A stretch of 64,000 nucleotides of DNA from positions 1,760,001 to 1,824,000 of the forward strand of contig CAXXXD010000002.1 of NCBI GenBank assembly GCA_963663385.2. Direction: 5' to 3'. The translations under genes were made by a program, and so were the position numbers. This DNA comes from Oceanispirochaeta sp. Lineage in GTDB: Bacteria > Spirochaetota > Spirochaetia > DSM-2461. How positions within the stretch are numbered: the stretch's first letter is position 1; each line of letters opens with the position of its first letter. Of the stretch, positions 1 to 8,940 are shown piece after piece. A model generated the notes under the pieces. That model was not told the DNA's origin. It saw only the letters and a program-made list of their open reading frames with translations, and made no database searches.

Positions 1-1
1 C

Positions 2-358
2 GTCTGTTGTGCGGCTCCTATGATGGTCTATAACAGCAATCTCCCGTCCTGTCAGATCCTCCACATTGGAGTTCCCCTTGCAGCCGTCGACAATGATGAT
101 ACGGTCTTCATTAATCAGGTTATACTGTTTCCAGTGGTAGATGGGAATTCTCAGTTCCGATATCATGCGAATAAGAGAGTCCCGCTGGAGCTGCCCGTCG
201 TAGAGAATCTCGCAGGCAATGCCCAGCTGATTCAGCAGATCTTTCAGGCCGAAGGCGCTTGAGATGGCATCGGGGTCGGGAAAGTTGTGGGTCTGAATAA
301 ACAGGCGGCCTTCCTCCTGTTTTATCAGTTCAATCAGTTTTTCGGAAAAGATAAGCAG
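2..358 (-). CDS. DHH-family phosphoesterase, N-terminal part (runs off window start)
   Basis: Not in the ORF track. Manual translation gives ...FIQTHNFPDPDAISSA...IIVVDGCKGNSN...IAVIDHH, with DHH motifs I, II and III. Start codon unclear (in-frame CTG at 358). Confidence 0.8.
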   Translation of the reverse strand, partial: MLIFSEKLIELIKQEEGRLFIQTHNFPDPDAISSAFGLKDLLNQLGIACEILYDGQLQRDSLIRMISELRIPIYHWKQYNLINEDRIIIVDGCKGNSNVEDLTGREIAVIDHHRSRTTD

Positions 359-442
359 CCCCCGATAGTCAAAGTATTCACCTTAGTTTATCATCTTATT
401 CACTGAATTATAAGAATTATAAGCGATTAAGCGAGGATTTTC

Positions 443-1345
443 ATGGCCATACAGTGGTTTCCCGGTCACATGACCAAAACAAAAAAGCTCATTAAAGAGA
501 ACCTGAAAAAGGTGGATATGGTCATAGAGATTGTTGATGCACGGGCGCCCCTGGCCAGTCGGAATCCTCTGCTGGATGAATTGACTGCGGGGAAACCCCG
601 GCTGATTCTATTGAATAAAGCGGATCTGGCTGATCCGAAAACCACTGAAAAATGGCTTCGTTTCATGGAGACGGGCAGTGAGGTACGGGCTATTGCTGTC
701 AATTCCAAAAGCAGTAAAAGTCTGAAGGCTGTTCCCGGTGAATGCAGGAAGTTGTGTAAGGGGAAAAAGTGGATCAACCGCCGTCCGGTCAAAGCCATGG
801 TGGTGGGGATCCCCAATGTGGGTAAATCTACCGTAATCAATACCCTGGCCGGCAGGAAGAAAGCCCAGGCTGCCAACCAGCCGGGAGTGACCAGGGATAT
901 GCAGCGGGTCCCCGTCAGTCGGGAGCTGCAGATTTTCGATACTCCCGGGCTGCTCTGGCATAAATTTGACGACCAGGTGGTTGGGATGAAACTGGCTTCC
1001 CTGGGTTCCATCCGGGATGCTATTCTCCATCTGGACGATATCGCCTTTGCCTGTACGGGGTATTTGAGCCGGGAGTATGGGGAATTGCTGCAGAAACGGT
1101 ACAAACTGGCCTGTATCAGGGATGAGGGAGAGGTTCCCGAACCCCATATTATCATTGAAGAGATTGGAAAAAACCGGGGGTTTCTGCAGGCCGGGGGGGC
1201 TGTGGATTATGAAAGAGCGGCCAAGCTGCTCTTAAAGGAGCTGCGGGACGGTGTGCTGGGGCGGATAACCCTGGAAGCTCCGGATGATCCCGGTAAGTTC
1301 TGGATTGTCATTACTCCGTCAGAAACGGATATCCCGGAAGAGTAG
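443..1345 (+). CDS. rbgA: Ribosome biogenesis GTPase RbgA/YlqF
   Basis: IQWFPGHM N-terminus; circularly permuted G motifs NKADL, GIPNVGKS, PGVT, DTPG. Confidence 0.95.
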   Translation: MAIQWFPGHMTKTKKLIKENLKKVDMVIEIVDARAPLASRNPLLDELTAGKPRLILLNKADLADPKTTEKWLRFMETGSEVRAIAVNSKSSKSLKAVPGECRKLCKGKKWINRRPVKAMVVGIPNVGKSTVINTLAGRKKAQAANQPGVTRDMQRVPVSRELQIFDTPGLLWHKFDDQVVGMKLASLGSIRDAILHLDDIAFACTGYLSREYGELLQKRYKLACIRDEGEVPEPHIIIEEIGKNRGFLQAGGAVDYERAAKLLLKELRDGVLGRITLEAPDDPGKFWIVITPSETDIPEE

Positions 1346-1350
1346 GAGTA

Positions 1351-2991
1351 TCAGTCTACTCCCACGGCTGTTCCGTCCCGTCTTATATCTGCCGCACCCT
1401 GGAATCCTTTACCGTCTGTTTTTCTGATTACAGCCTGAATGCATCCCAGATAAAAAGATCTGCTTCCCCTTCTATCGATCCTGAATCCTTTGTATTCAAG
1501 AAACGGTATGAGACTCTCGGGAAAATTCGTCTCCTCCAGGCTTACCCGCCCCCCGAGGGAGCAGTGGAGTCTGGGGGAAATAACTGCTTCATCCAGAGAC
1601 CTGGATTTTTCGATTAAATTGATAAGAAACAGGGCCAGTGATGAAATTATCCTCTCCGATCCGGGGCTTCCGAAGGCCATCCAGAGATTGTCTCCGTTAA
1701 AAACAAGGGAAGGGGCTACTGTTGCCCAGGGAACCGAGTTGGGACGTAAGTAGAAGGGATGTTCCGGTTGAGTGTATTCAAAATCGGACAGATAATTGTT
1801 ATAGAGAAAACCAAGGCCTCCTGCCGCTGCTTTACTCCCGTAAACTCGCTCAATGGATTGTGTCAGACTGACAGCCATCCCGTTTTTATCAATTACGGAT
1901 AAATGCGTCGTTTCTCCTGTCAGTTCATCTTCCGTCGGAATGGTCGTCAGAATAGTTTTGTCAATATCACATAGTATTTCGAGAAGACACTCTCTTGCAT
2001 ACAGGGGATCGAGCATATTCTGCTCCTGTACCGTCTGATGAAAAAAGTTCGGATCAAACGGTCTGTCTGATCTTTCCAGTAGGACCCTTCTCAGAATGTT
2101 AATAAAAAGAAGGTGCTCTTTCAGTGGATCATTCAGCTCCACCTCTTTGGGAATAAGATCATGCATCTTCAGGACGAATAATAGTGAACGTCCTGATCCA
2201 GGAGGCGGCATTGTGAATATATCCAGATTCCTGAATGTTCCATGGAGAGGTTCCCTTTCAATGGGAAACGGAATCAGGGCAAGGTCGTCCCGTCTTATAA
2301 GTCCTCCGTTTTCTCTCATATCAGCATCTATCTGAAGAGCTGTTTTTCCCCTGTAGAAGTCCTCTATTCCTTTTCGGGACAGACGCTTGAGTAACAGGGC
2401 CAGATCATCCTGCCTGAACAGTTCTCCTTCCGTATAGGGAGTCCCGTTGTGAAAAAAATATCTGATTCCCGATTGGGACTCCACCCGATGAAAATCTTCA
2501 CTTTCCCGTTTAAGAAGTGTTTCCTGAAGTCCGGTAATCGTATACCCGTTCCGGGCAAGAGCGATGGCTGGATCAAGAACCTGCTGCCACTTCAATGAAC
2601 CATACCGGTTATGAATATACCATAGGGTCGCCGGTGTGCTGGGCACGGTAGCCGCTCTGTAACCAACAGATTTATCCTGCTTGTATATGGAACTGACATG
2701 AGCCAGGGAGGGAGCCCGGGAGGAGCCGTCAACAGCGATAACTCTGCCGCCGTAATTGATAAGCATCATTGTCTGTCCGCCCAGACCGCTGGCTTGCGGT
2801 TCTGTTACTGCCAGGGCAAAGGCTGCGGCAATAGCGCTGTCGACTGCATTTCCTCCGGATCTGAGTATGTCCGCTCCGACCTGGCTGGCATAGGATGACT
2901 GGGATGAAACCATGCCGTTTTTAGATGAACTGAACTTCCCGTCATCAGAAGGGTTGAACCTGTTTTCAATCTCTGTTAAATCCGGTCTCAT
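1351..2991 (-). CDS. Gamma-glutamyltransferase family protein (Ntn hydrolase), divergent
   Basis: GGNAVDSAIAAAFALAVTEPQASGLGG; autoprocessing Thr in GETTHLSVID; C-terminal GAADIRRDG. Confidence 0.9.
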   Translation of the reverse strand: MRPDLTEIENRFNPSDDGKFSSSKNGMVSSQSSYASQVGADILRSGGNAVDSAIAAAFALAVTEPQASGLGGQTMMLINYGGRVIAVDGSSRAPSLAHVSSIYKQDKSVGYRAATVPSTPATLWYIHNRYGSLKWQQVLDPAIALARNGYTITGLQETLLKRESEDFHRVESQSGIRYFFHNGTPYTEGELFRQDDLALLLKRLSRKGIEDFYRGKTALQIDADMRENGGLIRRDDLALIPFPIEREPLHGTFRNLDIFTMPPPGSGRSLLFVLKMHDLIPKEVELNDPLKEHLLFINILRRVLLERSDRPFDPNFFHQTVQEQNMLDPLYARECLLEILCDIDKTILTTIPTEDELTGETTHLSVIDKNGMAVSLTQSIERVYGSKAAAGGLGFLYNNYLSDFEYTQPEHPFYLRPNSVPWATVAPSLVFNGDNLWMAFGSPGSERIISSLALFLINLIEKSRSLDEAVISPRLHCSLGGRVSLEETNFPESLIPFLEYKGFRIDRRGSRSFYLGCIQAVIRKTDGKGFQGAADIRRDGTAVGVD

Positions 2992-5141
2992 TCTGATGAT
3001 TCCGTACCGATTTCAATTAAGGTTTTGGTTAATAAAGCCATCCTTTCCGTAAGGCTGTAGGAAAGGATATACTCCGGACTTTTCTGGGGTTTTATTCCTA
3101 TCGGGCCCAGGCCGTCAATAATACAGGGATTCTCTACCTGAGAGATATCGGCGGAACTCCATCTGTGTTCCTCCAGAAGTCTAATATCCAGAGAATCTGC
3201 TATTGCTTTAATTTTCTGGTAAAGATCCTCGCTTTGAGGTGATTTTATCATGGGTGGTCTGCTTAGTCCCCCTTCCAGCCGGATATCAATATCCTTCTTG
3301 TTCTTCCGCTGTGTAATCAGTTTTCTTATCTTCTGGTCAATAAGCTCAAACTGGTTTATAAAATTATAGCGGACACTGATCTCTGCTTCCCCATGGGCAT
3401 AGGGTTCAGTGATGTTTGAGTTATAGCTCAATCTGGAAGGGCTCAGGACATACCCTTCCTCCGGGGCGCTGATTGTAACAATCTCATTCACTATTCTAAT
3501 GAATGATTTCGAGGCCAGTAACACTTTTGACTCATCTGCCGTATTTATCAGATTCATGGAAATATTATAGGATGCCGCACCGGATCTTGAGGTAACAACT
3601 CCGCCGTCAAGGAAGGATCCATGTAAACCCAGAACAGCCTTTGCGTTACCCGTCAGGGATATTATGATGGGTTTTGAGATTTTTCCATGGATAGCATCAT
3701 CGCTTGTCAGAATGACACCGATCTTTATTTTCCGGAGTTTTTTCAGATACCTGAGGGCCTGCAGCGCCCCAATAAGAATGATCAGCCCCCCTTTATGTTC
3801 CCAAATTCCGGAACCAAGTACCTTTGAGCCTGTATTTTTATAATACTGCTGTCTGGAAGGCTGAGTATTATTATCAAGATTCCCTATCAGAATAATTTCG
3901 GGTGATTCATCAGTGTTTTTAAAATAGAGAATGTTGCCGATTTCAACCTGGGGGTATGATTCGCATGTAAAGCGAAGGGAAACCAGCTCCTTTCTTAATA
4001 TATCTCCCAGGGTATTTACTCCTTCCAGGTTTCTGACATAGCTGTTCAGGTTTACCATTTTCTTAAGAATCTTCTCGTAATTATCCTGCCGGCTTCGCAG
4101 ATACCCCCTGATTTTGACACCCTGGGGTAACTCTTTCATCCTTACTTCATCCGGCAAGACAGTATTGGCAAAATATCTTATTGAAGCAGTTTCAAGCATT
4201 TTATTTACAAGGGCCTGGTAATCCAGACCGGCAACCTGAGCAGCATGGTAATAGGAGCCGGTTTTTCCCAGGCTTGCCATGGAATTGATTTCAAGGATAT
4301 GGACATTGTTCATCTCATCAAGCCGGATATCAACTCTTGCAAAATCTCTCAGACCCAATGCCTGAAAAGCCTGCCTGCTCCATTCGATCATCTTTCGAGC
4401 CAGTTCATCCGGGATATCAGCCGGACATATTTTTCTTCTGGGCCGTCTTTTCTTGTTATCCACTGTCTGGATCCCGTCCGGATCACCTTCCAGATCGATT
4501 TCCAGTACGGGAAAGGTTTCAATCGGATTGTTCCCGATAAGACCGACACAGAACTCTCTGCCCCGTATAAACTGTTCTACCAATGCCTGCTGCTGAAATT
4601 CACTGACTATGAATCTTACCGCATCCTTAAGATCATTCCTGTTATAGACCACTTTAAGACCGAATGAAACGGCCTCCATTTTAGGTTTGACAATTACAGG
4701 GTACTCTACCGAATCCATATCCTCTTCGGCATTATTGAATACCCAGAAATTAGGGGTCGGTATGCTGTGTTTCTGCATAACTATTTTTGTTATAACTTTA
4801 TCCAGGGCAAGGGCATGACCGGCAGGTGTTGATCCCACGTATGGTATTCCAAGCATTTCAAGCAAAGACGGCAGGTGGGTGTATCTGCTTTCCCCCTGGA
4901 TTCCATAGGCCATATTGAAGACCATTCCCATCCTTTCGCCTTCAAGTACCTTTGGCATAAAACTCTGAAGCCCTTCAATAACATGCATATCCCCATCGAT
5001 GATGCAGACATTGTGTCCCCCCGCTTCAAGTGCCTCTGCAACCATTTGAACTGTTTTAGGGTTGTACTTTTCCTTATTCTGCATACCGAATGTGTTAATC
5101 ACATTGGAGAAATCCTTGTTGTAGATAATAGCTACTTTCAT
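2988..5141 (-). CDS. Ddl-like ATP-grasp ligase fused to an M20/M25/M40-like peptidase-fold domain
   Basis: N-half LLEMLGIPYVGS, YPVIVKP, VEQFIRGREF, ARVDIRLD, LEINSM. C-half follows M20 motif order with substituted metal ligands. 4-nt overlap with the GGT gene. Confidence 0.85.
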   Translation of the reverse strand: MKVAIIYNKDFSNVINTFGMQNKEKYNPKTVQMVAEALEAGGHNVCIIDGDMHVIEGLQSFMPKVLEGERMGMVFNMAYGIQGESRYTHLPSLLEMLGIPYVGSTPAGHALALDKVITKIVMQKHSIPTPNFWVFNNAEEDMDSVEYPVIVKPKMEAVSFGLKVVYNRNDLKDAVRFIVSEFQQQALVEQFIRGREFCVGLIGNNPIETFPVLEIDLEGDPDGIQTVDNKKRRPRRKICPADIPDELARKMIEWSRQAFQALGLRDFARVDIRLDEMNNVHILEINSMASLGKTGSYYHAAQVAGLDYQALVNKMLETASIRYFANTVLPDEVRMKELPQGVKIRGYLRSRQDNYEKILKKMVNLNSYVRNLEGVNTLGDILRKELVSLRFTCESYPQVEIGNILYFKNTDESPEIILIGNLDNNTQPSRQQYYKNTGSKVLGSGIWEHKGGLIILIGALQALRYLKKLRKIKIGVILTSDDAIHGKISKPIIISLTGNAKAVLGLHGSFLDGGVVTSRSGAASYNISMNLINTADESKVLLASKSFIRIVNEIVTISAPEEGYVLSPSRLSYNSNITEPYAHGEAEISVRYNFINQFELIDQKIRKLITQRKNKKDIDIRLEGGLSRPPMIKSPQSEDLYQKIKAIADSLDIRLLEEHRWSSADISQVENPCIIDGLGPIGIKPQKSPEYILSYSLTERMALLTKTLIEIGTESSE

Positions 5142-5381
5142 AATGCCTCTTCAGAAAAAGAATCTAAAAATATTCTAATCCCTGAGTATTATAATTACCA
5201 AGAAAAAATAACCTGGTAACTATCTGTTATGTATTTGTTAAGTGTTTATGTGGAAAAAGGATGTATTTTTTTTCTGTACTGAATCGCAGCCCGTTTTCAT
5301 TATACCGTATCGGAAAAATCGTTTCCCCGAGGTTGCTGTGCAGGTTGAAATGGAAGTCTTGATGGCAGTTTCCCTTTGAAC

Positions 5382-5403
5382 AGGGGGGGAGCCCCCCCCC
5401 CTT
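5382..5403 (-). terminator. G-run/C-run hairpin after ABC permease
   Basis: Poly-G/poly-C inverted repeat just downstream of the 5407 stop; weak U tract. Confidence 0.45.
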
Positions 5404-5406
5404 GAA

Positions 5407-6276
5407 CTAGCCTTTGGAAGCTCCCAGAGTCAGACCGGAAATAAAATACCTTTGCAGAAAGGGGTACAGAAGCAGCAGAGGGAGGATGGCAATAATAACC
5501 CCGGCCATCTGAGCGTTGTTGGATATCTGTACAGCCGATGATGCCGCATCATTCTCTATGACAAGTTTCTTGAGAGCCTGCTGGAGTGTGTATTTCCGGG
5601 GATCGTTCAGAAACAGGAGCGATTCGGTAAAATGGTTCCATTTCTCTACAAACTGGAACAGGGTAACAGTCGCCAGACCCGGTTTGGCAAGGGGAAAATA
5701 GATTCTCCATAAAACTGTCATTTCAGAGGCGCCATCGATTATGGCTGCTTCCCGGATCGATTCGGGTATCCGTTCAAAAAAGTTCTTCAGGAGGATTACC
5801 GTATATCCGGTGATCATTCCTGTCAGGGTTACCGCCCACAGAGTGTCCAGCAGTTTCAGATCCCGGTAGAGGATATAAAGGGGAATCATGATATTCTGAA
5901 TGGGAATCATCATGGTCAGCATCATAAATGAAATAAACAGTTTCTTCCCCGGAAAGGGGCCACGGGACAGAGCATATCCGGTGAGCATGCAGAAAAGAAC
6001 ATGGAGGAAGGTTCCCCCCAGTGTCACAATACTGTTGTTGATCAGGGGAGTCAGGATCCTGACCTGCTCAAACAGGACTTTGTATCCGTGAATACTGAAC
6101 TGTTTCGGCCAGAGCATTACACCCGGAGTAGAGGATGCCAGATCTGATGAGAAGGAAATGGACAGAGTATTGATCAGCGGTATAATGGTGATTGCCATGG
6201 CAAGGGAAAGAAAGATCCAGTTGAAGATATGAAACGCCGTTCTTCCTTTTTCATTTTTATAGAGATTCTGGTTCAT
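5407..6276 (-). CDS. Carbohydrate ABC transporter permease (LplC/MalG-like)
   Basis: EAA motif IPESIREAAIIDGASE; multiple TM segments. Confidence 0.92.
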   Translation of the reverse strand: MNQNLYKNEKGRTAFHIFNWIFLSLAMAITIIPLINTLSISFSSDLASSTPGVMLWPKQFSIHGYKVLFEQVRILTPLINNSIVTLGGTFLHVLFCMLTGYALSRGPFPGKKLFISFMMLTMMIPIQNIMIPLYILYRDLKLLDTLWAVTLTGMITGYTVILLKNFFERIPESIREAAIIDGASEMTVLWRIYFPLAKPGLATVTLFQFVEKWNHFTESLLFLNDPRKYTLQQALKKLVIENDAASSAVQISNNAQMAGVIIAILPLLLLYPFLQRYFISGLTLGASKG

Positions 6277-7199
6277 TCTCCCTCCCCGGATTTACCGCCG
6301 ACAAGCAGCTGATAGAGACCGGTCAGGCCGGCAATAATGACAAGCATGATAAAAGCTACGGCGGATGCGTAATCCATTCTGAAATTCTGAAGACCTACCT
6401 TATAGGTGTAGGTCATGGCTACTTCTGTTTTATCGATAACCATCGGGTTGGAAAGGATTATCGATTGGGTGAACATACGCAGGGATGCGATAATGTTCAG
6501 CATAAACACTACTTTCATGGTGCTGTAAATCCCGGGAATCGTAATCGCGAAAGTTTGTCTGAACCGGCTGGCTCCGTCGATAGTAGCCGCTTCGTAAAGG
6601 CAGGGATCGATTCCTGTCAGAGCCGCCAGGAAGATGACACAGCCGTATCCTGCAGACCGCCAGGTGTAGAGCAGCCAGAAAATGGGTGTTATGAGCTTTT
6701 CGTTTGTCATAAACATGACCGGTTCCATTCCCGCTGCTTTGAGCAGGGAGTTGGCCAGCCCGTAATCCGGAGAGAGGATGCTGATCCAGATTCCGCCGAT
6801 GGCGACCCAGGAAAACAGGTAGGGGATATAGATAATGGTCTGTACGGATTTTTTGAAGCTTTTGTTTAACACTTCGTTCAGGAGCAGTGCCAGCAGTATC
6901 TGGAAGACAAAGCTTAAACCGATATTCCCGAATCCGATGACCATAGTATTTCTGAAAGACCTCCAGAATTCAATATCCTTCAGAATTACTTTGTAATGGA
7001 ACAATCCGACGAATGTACTGTTTCCTCCAAATCTATAATCCTGCAGACTGATAAATACCCCATTGATCATTGGTATATAATGAAACAGGGCAAAGTAGAC
7101 TGCCGCCGGCAGTAAAAGGGCATAGATATTCTTATGACGCCGAAATCCCTGCCAGACAGCAGAACCTCCGGATCGCCCTTCAAGGGGGATAATCTTCAT
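6273..7199 (-). CDS. Carbohydrate ABC transporter permease (LplB/MalF-like)
   Basis: LYEAATIDGASRF EAA motif; overlaps next permease by 4 nt. Confidence 0.92.
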   Translation of the reverse strand: MKIIPLEGRSGGSAVWQGFRRHKNIYALLLPAAVYFALFHYIPMINGVFISLQDYRFGGNSTFVGLFHYKVILKDIEFWRSFRNTMVIGFGNIGLSFVFQILLALLLNEVLNKSFKKSVQTIIYIPYLFSWVAIGGIWISILSPDYGLANSLLKAAGMEPVMFMTNEKLITPIFWLLYTWRSAGYGCVIFLAALTGIDPCLYEAATIDGASRFRQTFAITIPGIYSTMKVVFMLNIIASLRMFTQSIILSNPMVIDKTEVAMTYTYKVGLQNFRMDYASAVAFIMLVIIAGLTGLYQLLVGGKSGEGE

Positions 7200-7267
7200 G
7201 TACTGATTCCTTTTTGAATAAGAGCAGGAATCCTGTCATAGAGGGGATACCTGCTCCTGATAATGTA

Positions 7268-8674
7268 TTAGTCGATATAATTTTTAGCTGACAGTTCTTT
7301 CTGCATATTCTGTACCGCTTCGGTACCGCTCATGGCGCCCATGATGGCCCGGACACCGTATTTTACGACGATCTCTTTAGCGGAGCTGCTTGTTTCACGC
7401 AGCAGTTCCGGGCGGGAGTATCTGGAAACGATTTCCCTGGACTGTTCGAAGTTCATGGGTGTCTTGACGGGGTTAACCCAGGTCAGATCTATAGGAACAA
7501 CCACACCGTGATCCATAGCATGCTGCTGACCTGTCTCTGTCAGAACGTATCTGCCGTCGGTAACTGTGAAGTCATGGTTTTCAATACCCAGAGTCTGAAG
7601 AATCTGACCTTCTTTTGTATTAAAGAACTCAAGATAGCGGAAGGCATTTTCTTTATTGGTACTCCGTTTCAGCATAACCCATAAACCGTCCTGTCCGTAA
7701 GTCAGCATGGTGTTTCCGTTCTTATCCAGAGGTGGTGCCATTCCCTTGATCTCAAAGCTTGTATTTTCATTGGCGCTTCTGGCTTTCTCATTGAAGAGCC
7801 CCGTCCAGTTGTCCCAGTAAACCATCATACCGGCCCGGTCGCTCAGGATCATCTCCCGGCAATTTGAACTGCCGTTTGTGGGGAAATTGGGATCGATAAG
7901 ACCTTCCTTAAACGCGGCTGCCAGCCAATCGTATACGGCGGCGGCTTCATCGCTTGCCCAGGGGATATACCATTTGCCAGAGCTGTCTTTGGCATATCCG
8001 CCGTCATAGCCACCGCCGATGCCGAAGGCGCTCATAAAGGGCTGAATGTCATAGAGGTTTTTCATGGTCAATCCGTAAGTATCATCCTTGCCGTTTCCAT
8101 CGGGATCGTTGAAGGTAAACCGGCGAAGCATTTCATGGTAGTCTTCCAGAGACACCGGGTCATTCAGTCCAACTGTATTCAGCCAGTCTTTCCTGACCAG
8201 AGGGAGCCTTCCCCCTTCATATTTATTGAACACACCATAGATTTCACCGTCATCCCGGCGAATCCTTTCCCATTCCGCCTGATTAAACCGGGAAGAATCA
8301 CTGAAGATTGAAGAACTCTCAATCCGACTGGTCATAGGCTCGAAAAGATCCATATCATAGAGTTTTTCAAAACTGCTGCTGATCATATAGACAATATCGT
8401 AGTCGGCTCCGGAGGCCAGAGCGGTAGTCAGTTTGGTAACATAGTCGCCGCCGGCAACATAGGTCATTTCCAGAGGTATTCCCGAAAGGCGTCCAGCTTC
8501 CTGCTGCCAGAGATCGTGCTCGTCAGGATCCTTTCCTCCGGTGATTTCCGAAAGTATCCGGACAGGGTTCGTATTCACATCTTCCGATGTGTCCTTTTGT
8601 CCCTCTGCAGAGAGGAATCCGGTAAAAAAAGTCATTAAAACAACGACTCCAGTTAGAAAATTCAGTTTTTTCAC
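7268..8674 (-). CDS. Carbohydrate ABC transporter extracellular solute-binding protein (LplA-like)
   Basis: Signal peptide; VRKDWL...FTFNDPDGNGKDDTYG motif; GTG start with AGGAG RBS. Confidence 0.9.
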   Translation of the reverse strand: MKKLNFLTGVVVLMTFFTGFLSAEGQKDTSEDVNTNPVRILSEITGGKDPDEHDLWQQEAGRLSGIPLEMTYVAGGDYVTKLTTALASGADYDIVYMISSSFEKLYDMDLFEPMTSRIESSSIFSDSSRFNQAEWERIRRDDGEIYGVFNKYEGGRLPLVRKDWLNTVGLNDPVSLEDYHEMLRRFTFNDPDGNGKDDTYGLTMKNLYDIQPFMSAFGIGGGYDGGYAKDSSGKWYIPWASDEAAAVYDWLAAAFKEGLIDPNFPTNGSSNCREMILSDRAGMMVYWDNWTGLFNEKARSANENTSFEIKGMAPPLDKNGNTMLTYGQDGLWVMLKRSTNKENAFRYLEFFNTKEGQILQTLGIENHDFTVTDGRYVLTETGQQHAMDHGVVVPIDLTWVNPVKTPMNFEQSREIVSRYSRPELLRETSSSAKEIVVKYGVRAIMGAMSGTEAVQNMQKELSAKNYID

Positions 8675-8940
8675 TATTGTCTCCTTTATTGAAGATTTTT
8701 AATCAAGCTGCCGATCCCGGGTATTCGGCTTAGCTGATGTTGATCTAATCATATTTCCCCTTTCGGAGGTTTGTAAATCATGGCTTTTATTCCTTTCCAT
8801 CAGATTAGCTTACAATTCTCGATTTTTCAGTTGAAATCAGTATAATTGTAATATTAAGGTTGAGTATCTAAGCGAAAATGATGGTTATGGTTAAAAATCA
8901 TGCTTTTTTTTTCCTCATGTCAATGTACAATAAATCCATT

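Noticed and set aside
20..262. 80-aa plus-strand ORF
   Set aside because: Antisense to the DHH phosphoesterase frame
2988..5141. Canonical ddl or van-type ligase
   Set aside because: Lacks canonical Ddl motifs, carries a fused domain, and has no mur/van context
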